This document shows, piece after piece, positions 27,143 to 38,630 of a stretch of DNA of 64,000 bases; positions within the stretch are counted from its first letter, which is position 1, and each line of letters starts with the position of its first letter. The DNA lies in assembly GCF_018350175.1 (NCBI RefSeq), contig NC_058368.1, positions 15,688,001-15,752,000 on the forward strand, written 5' to 3'. The notes beneath the pieces are model-generated. The model made no database searches. It saw nothing but the letters and a program-made list of their open reading frames with translations, and was not told the DNA's origin. This DNA is from Felis catus (lineage: Eukaryota). Position numbers and translations under genes: made by a program.

Positions 27143-30100
27143 CTCTAAACCTCCCACAGCCCACAAGTACTCAGGACAAACTCCTAAAGGCTTCCGATAA
27201 ACTGTCCCAATCTACAGTTCCGGGTCTATCTCCCACCCACACTACTCACGGCACAATTTTTGCACTTCGTAAATTCAAATCGAAACATACAGTCACAAAC
27301 ACACTAACCAAAGCAAATCGACATTTGATCAGCTTTCAAGCAATTCAACAGATCAAAAGTGAAAAACACTAGGCTACGTGGAAGAATATATTCCTTGGGA
27401 TAAAGCAGGGTTTGGTGAAGGCTCTGGGCCTGCTCCAGCTGGGAAGCGCTCTCAGCATCGGCTCTCAGCCTAAGCTGTTGCCACTTACAGAGTGCTCACA
27501 CTTCTACTACTCCCAAAGCCTCTTCCCTAGGTGGTTTCAGAACCAATCTCCAGTGTCAACATGTCAGGGTGGCCCCCAGAGCACTTGTGCACTTTACAGA
27601 TTATTAGCCCAGCGGTAAAAACTGGCAACTGCAATTCTGGAATGAATGGTCATCCCTGGTAATTGCAATGTTTTATAAAGCAAAGACTGCTTTTCACTAC
27701 TTTTGCACTAAACAATTTCATGACTGAGGAATACATGTTTTCCACTTACGGTCCTTCAAAATTAAATTTGCAAAAGGGGAAAAGGAAGTGATCAAATATT
27801 AAATTTCCCCAAGGGGAAATTCATGTTTGTATATGAATCACAACACAAAAAGAGAGGTAATCACAACACAAAAAGAGAGAAAAAAAAATTGATATTTAGT
27901 ATTCCCCCCCAAGAAAGAAAATCAAAATTGCCTTTATAGGAAAAAATCAGAACTTTGTAGGACTCCTTTCATGGGTTAAATTTCTGTCTTTGAATTAAAC
28001 GTGGGTTAGAGAATGAAGGGGAAAAACCAAAATCTTTTCAGTGTTTATGACTTCTAAAATGATACAGAGCTGCATACACATATTTATAATTTGCTTCTTA
28101 ATGTTTTTGCATTTCATTTTAAGTTTTGAATTTCAAGTTTTGTCAGAATCTCTTTGATTCTTAGAAAATTGGTTTTGACTTGATTAGACTTCCCAATTAA
28201 AACTGTAAAATCCAATGTATTATAGAAGCATGATATTTATACACAAATTATATTTTTACATTATATTATCTCTATTAATTCTGAGGTACTTAACAGAATA
28301 TGACACATTTTGCAAAATGATTTAGCATGGTTTGGTAACACAAGGAGCAAGGCACAAAAGGGAGATTCAGCTCTCTGACAAGGCTGATAACAAGACCCTT
28401 TATAGATCCAACCAGACTAAAACAGAAGCTCATCTCAGCAGCAGTCTTTTTTTTTCTTTTTTGGGCATAGTTTGAAACATATACACTAAAAACAGTATCA
28501 ATTTTTCTGTGGCTATGGTGGGGGTGGGGAGAGGGGTCAGCCTATCGTGTTAGCAATTTTCTGTGGAATCACATTAGAGTTTCACTGCAGTAGCCATATC
28601 ACATTAAAATCTGGGTTTTTTTTTGCTAAATGGTTTCCATTGTGTATTTAGTGAATCTGATATGGAAAATTGCTAATGCAATAGGAGTATCATATAAGTT
28701 TCCTGACTGTAATGCTCAGCCACAATATTCAGAAGAAGCTCAATAGGACTGCAGGGGTTTCAGGGCTAATTCTCCACAGCCTCTTAACAAAGTCCTCAGC
28801 TCAAGTTCAACACTGGCTTCTTGAAAGATGGAACCAACGCTAAGATCGATTATATGGGGGAAAACTCCTTTACAGATTTTTATTTCAGAAAAAAACATGG
28901 GTTCAGCGAAAGATGTGTCATTTAATTAATATTTATTGACTGACCGCTATGCTGGGCACTGTGGTCCGTATTAAGGGAATGACAAAGATAGATGAAAACA
29001 TGGTCCCTTCCTTCACAGAACTTGAAAGCACTGACTGAAGAAAAGAAATAAATTAGCACAGGAGTAACTTAATACAAGACACGCTGTGGCAACGGTGGAA
29101 AATGCAAAGAGCCATAGGAGCTCAAAGGAGGACACACCTGAGACCAGGGTCATTAGGAAGTTCTGTGGAGGCAGCACCTGTACAGGGCCACAAGACATGA
29201 GAAGATGTAGGTAGCTCTGAGGATCAGATGACAGGCTGGGAAGCAGGGGATGGCATTCTAGGCCTTCTCATGAGTAAAGAAAGATGCAGGAAAGAGGAAA
29301 GCCACGACATGCATGGGAAATTATAATCCATTACTTCAATGACAGCATAAAATCTGGAAGGAGTAGGAAGATAAACCTGAAAAAGCGGTCTGGGGTCAGC
29401 TTGAGGCTGCCACCAAAGGAGAGACATACACGGTCTTCAGGATGGTTTGGGGTGGAAGTCTCAGCATGCAGTGCACTGGCAAGATTAATACCCAGCTTTC
29501 AAGGGTATGATGGCTTCTAATGCTAACAGCTCCTCTGAAATCTTAACAACTTTATTTAGCACACGTTTCTTAAGAGACACTATTTATAGGAATATTTATT
29601 TTAAAAGGTTAGTTTATTGCCAAGGGATAATTGTTTATTTTTTTGTTATGTGACAACTCATGACCTGGACATTCACTAGGTTAACAGAAAAAAAAAAAAA
29701 TCTATAAAGCATGCTCAAACTGTTGCAACTACTTATGAATTTACTGTTTGCTTTTTTTTTTTTTTTGCTTTAGAATAACTTTTCAACTCACTAGCAACAG
29801 TAACCAAGGAAATATAAATCCAACAGCCTAGAATTACAACTATTTGAAGAGATTCATGCTTTCAACTGTACTGCTATATTTTTTCTTTTACTCTGGTCAC
29901 TTCCTTGTTTCTGAATTCCTCTCCGAATGTTAGAAGCAGTAAACAAAATCTACACTAAGCCTTGTTGGAGGCTTAAAATTTAATTAGTATGTTTTGCAAA
30001 TTAAAAAAAGTCTTCATTTTCCATAACCTTTACCTTACCTTAAATCAGAGTACACTCTGTGGGTATTATTTCCAAAATAATAGAACAGAATACGATGAAA

Positions 30101-31638
30101 TTGTTATTTTATTTATTGCAAAGAGAACATAAGATATAAACTAGTTAGCTGCCTAAGTGCTACAGTGACCACTCATGAAACATCAGCCCTCCAATTTGAC
30201 AAAGGAAATTGCACTCTCATTAATCACAATTAAACTATTTGTAACACTGAAACTGAATACTTAATCTTTATGAAACTATTTCTTGACAGATTTTTTTTCT
30301 CCTCTGACTGACCACAAGGACAGAAAACATAAACAAATTTGCCAGTTGTTTATTACTTATAGATATCCTTGGCAAGGTTTCATTTAAAAAAGAAAAAAAG
30401 TCAACAAAACTCTTCTTTCTCATTCCATGTCTTGGGCAATCAGGGATGCAGTAACTGACATCTGTGAACATTCCCTGATTAGCCATTAACTGAAGACACA
30501 GAAGTAAAAGAAAAATATTTTACAAGGAGAAAAGTCAAATAGCTCATGCTGACTTTAAGATGCTCATGACAGAGATGCCAGGATTATAAAGCACGTAGGG
30601 GTTTCACCTAAAATTTGTTTATACCTTTGATCTTTAGGAAACACTGTACTGAGAAAAATGAGTTTGCTCAGATCAAGAATATGTTGGCATTCTCTTAAAC
30701 CTAGCTTAAAACCACAGAGCTGAAGCATAAAACAACTCTGACAAAGATAGCCAGTCAAGCATAAAAGTGGGAGTTGGTTGGGTCAGAATAGATTAAAAGG
30801 CTGAAGGCTGTCTGCTAAAGACCGTTGTCTTGCCATCAATGAAGGCAATTATTATAGCTAAAAGTTATTTTTCTGATATATTATTTTAAACTTTTGTCAT
30901 ATTTAAAACACTCCTTACTTACAAACTATTACATCATTTTCTTATCTGCAGTGTCCTTCTTGGATAACCACGAACTTGAAAGCAGTCCAAAATCTTGTTC
31001 GTGGCTTCCTACAAGTATAGAAAGACGTATTGAATATGGAGTTAGGAGAATGTGTCTGGGTTTCACTTTTACTTCCTTTTTAAATATAGATCACTATTTT
31101 TAAAATATAAACATCCCATGGCATTCCCTCACACCGACAGGACTCTTAAGCCAGAAGATATGTTGGTAGTATGAACATTTCTCTTACTCTGAAGGATGCC
31201 ACAAAGCTCTGCTCAGTGATGGCCAAGGAGATAGAATTATTAAATGCCTTACGACTTTAGTTATCCTCTATTATTCCTGCTAAACCACACTTCCAAAAGA
31301 GCATCCAAGAAATCTGGCAAACCACTGAAATGGCACTTGTAAATTGGATCCATTAAAAGCAATCCACAGTGTCCTGTGGGTGTGCATCCGACTGTTAATT
31401 ACTGGGTAAATAATTTACATGCAATTTTATTCCAAAACTAGATTTACATCATTTGCAGGCGATTTCTCAGAGTACCGCTTCCAACCCAGAAACAAGTCAA
31501 CGGAGTATTTCTAAATTATCATTTGAAATTTCCACTGTCAAGGGTGGGAGGAGGAAGGAATAGTAACGGGAAGGCTTGTCAGCGATTAGCCATCCATAAA
31601 AATGTTTTCCCCGCGCTCCTCCTTCCGATCACAATGCT

Positions 31639-31653
31639 GGCGTCAGTTAGTCT
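31639..31653 (+). promoter_or_regulatory. Candidate composite BMP-responsive element GGCGTC-N5-GTCT
   Basis: Exact match to the GRCGNC(N5)GTCT Smad1/5-Smad4 composite consensus, in unique sequence about 1 kb into intron 1. Confidence 0.6.
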
Positions 31654-32476
31654 CCTGTATCTGTTCCCCACCTCGCCCCCCTCCCCTCTGCGGAGAGCTG
31701 GCACCGAATGGCAGGCGAAGGAAAAGACAAACATCCCAGCTCCCAACACAATCCAAGCGCTTGCCCGGAGACACTTGAACAACATTCCCAACTTTTTTTT
31801 TTTTTTTTCCCTTCCCTCTTCGCGTGCCTCAAAGGTAAGCAGAGTAAAAAGCCTAAGAGACAGAAGGCCAGGGAGACCAGCTGAGTCGCAATTACTACCC
31901 CCACCCCGATTTCTCCACTGCCCCCCCCCCCAACTTTCGGTCACAACCAACGGTTACCCAGCTCTAAGTCTGGGTCTCCACAGCGCCAGTCCTCAGTGCT
32001 CGACCCCCGCGCGGTGCCCAGCCGAGGGGGGGCCGGAGACCTAGCTCACATCCCTACCCACGCCCTGGGCCACAGCCCCGCACAGCCAGCGCCCCCACAG
32101 TGGGACGAGCATCCTCCCACAGGTCCCAGGTGTCGCCTGCCGGCGGCTGGGGCGACGCGGAGGGCGCGAGGCCAACTCCCTGGAGCTGTCCCCTCCGCCC
32201 AACCCCACCCCAAACAGGCTCCACCAAGAAATACAGGGATGGAGAGTACAAAGAACCAAGCCACCCACCAAAGGGCCTCGAAGACTTCCCTCGGGGAAGA
32301 ACAACTTAGCCACACACGCACACACACACGCACTCGCCCAGCGCGCGCCGGGGAGGGCATCTCTTACCTGTCCCCCACGATGTCACTCAACCCCCCCCCC
32401 CTCCCGGGTCTGGCTGACCCCCCCTCGCCCCCCGCCGTGGGTCCCCGGCCGCCTGCTCCAAGCGCCGCGCACTCAC

Positions 32477-32630
32477 TGCCTGGCTGCGCGCGCCCAGCGG
32501 CTGCAGGGCCCGGCGGCGGCGGCGGCGGCGGGGACCGAGACAGCGGCTGCAGCGGCGGCGGCGGCGGCGGCGGCCCCAGCCGGCGTCAGTCAGACTGGAG
32601 CCGCGAAGCCTCATCGCCCGTATTAGTGCG
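32477..32630 (-). other. SMAD9: Non-coding first exon (5'UTR) of SMAD9; TSS approximate
   Basis: Minus strand CGCACTAATACGGGCGATGAGGCTTCGCGGCTCCAGTCTGACTGACGCCGGCTGGGGCC(GCC)n...CAGCCAGGCA|GTGAGT matches my recollection of the human SMAD9 5'UTR. It lies in a CpG island downstream of ALG5 on the same strand, as in the known gene order. No coding exon is present to confirm it. Confidence 0.85.
32511..32573 (+). repeat. Two (CGG)7 tracts in the first exon
   Basis: (CGG)7 at 32511-32531 and at 32553-32573. Confidence 0.95.
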
Positions 32631-35479
32631 CCGACCTGGAAAGCGGCCAGGAGTCCTGCGCACGGGTCCGCCCCCGCCCGCCGCCGCGCGCCCTGGCCGC
32701 GCCGGGAGCCCGCGAGGCGGGGGGAGCGCGGCCCGCCCCGCGGCCACGTGCGCGGAAACTTGCGGCGGGGGCGCCTCGCGGCGGCCCCGCGCTGCTCCCT
32801 GGTCCTCCCGTGGGTCCCCAGGCTCGCCTCGCCTCTGTGCGCTACCGGACCCCCCTGGCCGGCCGCGGTGGGGAGGCCCTGGCCAGCCTGGGTCACCTCG
32901 CATCTCTCTGTTTCACCCGCCACTCCTGAGATTTCTTGGGTCCGCCTAAGGCCGAGGAGGGTTGTTACCAGAACAAGAGATACAGGACCAACAAATCGGT
33001 TTGGACCCCCTCTCTCCACCAGCCACTCTTTCTGACAACGTTTCTGGGCCCTGATGATTACTGTTACTTGCCTTTCGTTGCTTGCTAGCTTTTCAGACTA
33101 AAGGAATCATTACACCGTCGACAGCACCAGATCAACTGGTTTGCATTGGCATGGGCAGAAGAAAATCTAATCACTGTGAGTGGTGAGTGGTGGTAAAAAC
33201 TAGTCAGGTAATTATGTGGCTTGTCGTTTATTTATATGTATTTGTATGCTTAACAGCCTAGCATATAACATATAATATTATCTAATCTAATAAAGGGATA
33301 ACCTTATGGGCACTGAGCAATGTTAATGTACAGCCTTCTTGCCTTAAGGCCTGGCTATCCCCTGGGTAGTCTGTTTCTTGGAGTCACTGTGGACTCCTAG
33401 AATACATACACACTGGAATACATTTAGGAAATGCCACCAACATACTCATGATCCTTGATTTCCCATCAGCCAGTACCTCTTCATGGAAAAGGCATTCAGC
33501 TGCAGAGGCAGTATTCATTTTGCTCCTTTATATAGAAAAATCAGTGTTCCAGAAGGCCCTGATACCAATGAAGCTCAAGGCTCTGAATTTAATGGCTTTT
33601 TCTAGTTCTCAAAGCACTGCATTTTCTTCCCCTGGCAGATGCCATTTTTGCATTATCATGTGGTTGAGCAATGACCTTGTTTAAAACAGCATTTGTACTT
33701 GAACCTGAAACTCGAATTTAAGTCCTCTTTCTACGCCTGGCCCATTTACCTCTACCTCTGCTCCAGGCTGAGGGTTCAATTTGGAAATATTGTGGGTGTG
33801 AGACACTAGGAAACATTTGGACTGCTAAAAGCTACAGAGAGCCCTTGATGTGCACTTGCCTGCGAGTAAACCAAGTCCTCAGAATTAATACCTTGTGGCT
33901 CGTGTTGTTTTTGTTTTGTTTTGTTTTCAATGTTATTGAGAAAAGAAATGACTCTGGCACTGCTTCAGTTTCCGTATGTGCATTAGACAATGCAGAGGAC
34001 ACGATGCAGAGAAAGAAATTATAACCTCTGCAGTGCTGGCTCATGCTTCTGGCATGGAGTCTTTTTAAGTTCACGGAACTCTCCTGGCTGTTGGCAGGAC
34101 TTGGATTTACAGGTTCTTTGAGTGTGTGTCGTCTCCTTTTTCTGTACATTATCGTTTACATACCAGGAAATTTTGACACCTAAAAGTTAGACTGTCACTT
34201 AGATAATTCCTGCCATTTATTCCTGAAACCTAGTGTAGAAAGTTAATCCATTCTATACAGGAACACTAAGATCTGATGAGTTCCAAGGAGAAAATGCCCA
34301 CTCCAGGAAAGAAGGCTCAATGTTGGCACTCCATTTTTCAGAAGCTGACTATCCTTGTAATAGGAAATCCTTTGCTGAATTTTTTCCTCTTGCTTTCTTG
34401 ATTAACTGCAATTTTAGGCTTGTTGGAACTTCCAGCAAAAAAAAAAAAAAAAAAAACTATGCAATGGGAATCTTACGAAGGGGGAGACTCAGTCACAGGT
34501 TGTGATTTGGTGGAACCTCCAAAAAAGTTTTGGTTCAAGACCTGAAAACCACAGTGAAACCAATCTCCTCCTTTTCTGAATTGCAAGGACTTGATGCAAG
34601 ATGAGTTCCTGCAGCCTATAGAACAGTGACAGGAGGAGAAGCCTCCTTTTCTTTTGTAAAGTACTCAGCATAGGACATGCTGGGGACAAAGGCTGTAGTA
34701 ATCCATAGATACTAAGATTCTACTTTGTGCATCTGCTATACCTGATGTTTGATCTAGCATTATAATGTTTCTACTCAGAGCCACAACTAGGAATTGTTGC
34801 CTACATACCCCTCCCACTTCTAGTTTCATACATTTCATCTGTAATTCTGTCCTCACTCTGCGCTTTTTCTGACTCCTTCTTGAACTTTTCTTCCAGAGCT
34901 ATCATTCAGTCCATAATGAGTATTAAACACTTTCCTGAGCACAGGTGCCTGGACTAATCATGTGGACACAGAGCACTGGTCCTGAGGAAACTAGGTTCCA
35001 CTAGAAAAGACACATAGATCAATGATGATCATACAACTTTTTGTGTCACTTAGAGGGTGAAGGCACAAGGGAGGTGTCATGGGGTGTCCACAGAAGCACC
35101 CGGAGAAGTGAGTATGAAATGCCCACTAACTCATAGCCAAAGAACCCCCGCCGCCACACCCACGTTCTGGGTAAATGCAGCTCTGTGGGTGCTCACTTTG
35201 CAGCAGAGTGTAGCTGTATTTTAGCCCCCTTGGCCAGGCGCTCTGATGCAGGTACACATCATAAAGGCAGCCCAGAATGCCTACTATGTGCAGAATACTT
35301 GAGCTTTTATGTATGAAAACCTTAATGTTCCTAAGAGAACTGTCAAACTGGTTGGATAAACGAGAAAAATAACGTTACAAGATATTATATCACCAAATAA
35401 GCATTCTGGGATTGCAACAAGGGAGTCATAGAGTATCTTGATTTGGTGGTGAAGTGACAGCTTTCTCCTGTTGTGCGAA

Positions 35480-35650
35480 TCTCTGCCGGGACCAGGTTAG
35501 GCTTTATGCACATCATCTTGTTTCATCTTCATGACATCTCAGGATGAGAATTATTATCCTACTTTGCAGCTGAGGAACCTGAGGCATAACCGACTGTCTG
35601 TCTGCCTGACTCCAAAGCCCAGACATTTAACCACTACACCTCACTGTCTT
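35480..35650. mobile_element. MIR-like fragment
   Basis: ttattatcctactttgcagctgaggaacctgaggc...tgactccaaagccc. Confidence 0.65.
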
Positions 35651-35779
35651 CCTGGAACTTGAAGTTGAATCGAAAAGTGAGCAGATGTGGTAACAGGCAG
35701 AGGTTAACATTAGGATTAATCAAGTTAATCCATTCATTCAAATTGTTGCTTAGTCACATGTTACTTAGGGACTAGATCG

Positions 35780-38574
35780 AACTTTTTTTATCATCTTAAC
35801 TATTTTTAAGTGGACAGTTCAATAGCGTTTAGTATATTCAAATTGTTGTACAACAGATCTTTAGAACTTTTTCGTTTTGCAGAATTGATGATCCATAGCC
35901 ATTAAACACTAATGCCCCTGTTCAGTCTCTCCCCCAGTCCATGGCAACCACTTTTCCATCTTCTGTTTCTATGATTTTGACTATTTCACATACTTCATAT
36001 GAATGATACTGTATGTGTCTTTCTGTGACTGGCTTATTTCACTTAGCATAATGTCCTTGAGGTTCATCCATGTTGTAGGACAGGATTTCCTTCTTTTTTA
36101 AGGAATCATAATATTCCAGTGTATGTATATACCACATCTTCTTTACCCAGTGCATCTGTCAATGGACATTTGGATTGCTTCCACCCCTTGGTCAATGTGA
36201 ATAATGCCACAGTGAAGATGGGTGTGAAATTACCTCTTTGAGATCCTGCTTTGAATTCTTTGAATTCTTTTGAGCTTATACCCAGAAGTAGACAGCTGGA
36301 TCATATGGTAATTCTACTTAAAAATTTTTGAGGAATCTCCATATTGTTTTCCATATGGTTGTACCATTTAGCATTCCCACCAATAGTACACAAGGGCTTC
36401 CAATTTCTCAGTATCCTTGCCAACACTTATTACTTTCTTTTCTTTTAATAGTGGCTATTGAGGTGATATCTTGTGTGGTTTTGATTTGTCTTGCTCCTAA
36501 TATCAGTCATGTTGAGTATCTTTTCATATGTTTATTAGCCATTGGTATATCTTCTTTGGAGAATTGTTTATTCAAGTCTTGCCCATTTTGTAACAGGGCT
36601 ATTTGGGTTTTTTGTTGAGTTTTTGCCGTTCCTTATATATTCTAGATACTAATCCTTTATCAGATACGTGATTTGCAAATATTTCCTCCCCTTCTGTAGG
36701 TCACCTTTGCACTCTTTTGATTATTTCTTTTGATGAACAGAAATTTTTAAGTTTGTTATAGTTCAATTTGCCTATTTTCTTTTGTTGTCTCTACTTTCAG
36801 TATCCATATGGTCACTGCTAGTATAAATAAATTGATAATTATATGTTTATCTTGTATCCTGTGACCTTGCTGAACTCACTTATTAGTTCTAGGATGCTTT
36901 TTTTTTTAAAGATTCCTTGGGATTTTTTATGTAAACAATCATGTAATCTACAAATATAGACAGTTTTATTTATTACTTTTTCATTTATATTCCTTTTATT
37001 CCTTTTCCTTGCCTCATTGCATTGACTAGAACTTTCAGCCCTATATTCAGTAAGAGTGGTGAGAATCTGACAATAAATTATATTAAAAATAAATAAATAA
37101 AATAAAATAAAAAATTATAAGAGTGGTGAGAATGGGCATCCTTGCCTTGGTCCTGACCTTAGAGCAAAGCTTCCTGACCTTAGAGAAAAGCATTCATTTT
37201 TTTTTTTTTAATTTTTTTTTTCAATGTTTACTTATTTTTGGGACAGAGAGAGACAGAGCATGAACGGGGGAGGGCCAGAGAGAGAGGGAGACACAGAATC
37301 AGAAACAGGCTCCAGGCTCAGCCCAGAGCCTGACGCGGGGCTTGAACTCAGGGACCACGAGATCGTGACCTGGCTGAAGTCGGATGCTTAACCGACTGCG
37401 CCACCCAGGCGCCCCAACTCTGGATGTCATTTTTTTAACTATTATATATAATGGTATCTGTAGATGTAGTAGATTCACTTTATCAAGTTGGGGAGGTTCC
37501 CCTCTAGTCTTATTTTTCTGAAGATTTTTATCATGAATGGATATTGAACTTTCCAATGATTTTTCTGAAATAATTCATATATAGTATTTCTTTTTTTTAG
37601 TCTGTTAACATGATGTATGATATTGATTGATTTTCAAATATTGAGCCACCCCAGCATCCCAGTATAAGCCACACTTGATCATGATGTGTATAATTTTTTT
37701 TTAGATACTGAGAAATGTTATTTGTTAATATCTTATTCAGGATTTTTTTGTCTGTATTCATAAAGGGTATTGGTCTGCAGTTTTCCTTTTTTTGTACTTT
37801 CTATTTTTTTAATGTTTCTTTATTTTTGAGAGACAGAGAGAGACAGAGCATGAGTGGGGGAGAGGCAAAAGAGAGAAGGAGACACAGAATCTGAAGCAGG
37901 CTCCAGGCTCTGAGCTGTTAGCACAGAGCCCGATGCAGGGCTCAAACTCATGGACCGCGAGATCATGACCTGAGCTGAAGTCAGACGCCTAACCAACTAA
38001 GCTACCCACGCACCCCTTTCTTTGGTTTTGATATCAAGCTAATATTTCATAAAATGAATTGGGAAGTGTTTCTCTCTCTCTTTTTCTGGAACAGTGTATA
38101 GAATTGGTGTTAATTCTTTAAGTGTTTGGTAGAATTTTCTAGTGAAATTATCGAAGCCTGAAGATTTCTTTTTAAAATTTTATATTCAGTTTCTTTAATA
38201 GTGTAGGGCTATAGCTATTCAAATGATCTGTTTCATGGGTGCATTGTACTATGTGTTTTTCCAAGGAAGTATTCAATTTCATCTAAGTTGCCAAATTTGT
38301 GTGTGTAGAGTTTTCATTGCTGTTTCATTGCTATTTTCTATGGTTTGCTGTTTTTAATTTCATTGTTTTCCGATCTTATCTTTATTATTTCCTTCCTTCT
38401 GCTTACTATGGGTTTATTTTGCTCTTATGTTAGGTTGTTGAGGTGGAAGCTTTGATTGCTGGTTTGAGACTTTCCCTCTTTTCTAATGTATGCACTATAA
38501 ATTTACCTCTCAGCATTTCTTTGACTGTGTTTCAAAAATTTTGTTATGTTCTATTTTCATTTTCATTCAGTTCA

Positions 38575-38630
<56 letters not shown>

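Larger units (their letters stand above)
1..32476 (-). other. SMAD9: SMAD9 intron 1 (continues beyond left edge)
   Basis: Follows donor GTGAGT at 32471-32476. I found no MH1-domain coding exon in 1-32476. Confidence 0.75.
31960..32960. promoter_or_regulatory. SMAD9: CpG island promoter
   Basis: Very GC- and CpG-rich against an AT-rich, CpG-depleted background. GC boxes (CCGCCC) around 32668-32740, E-box CACGTG at 32745-32750, GGCGCC at 32770-32775. Confidence 0.92.

Noticed and set aside
31996..32949. 317-aa plus-strand ORF and other long overlapping ORFs in the CpG island
   Set aside because: GC-rich sequence is depleted of stop codons. The products are low-complexity Pro/Gly/Arg/Ala with no recognisable domain.
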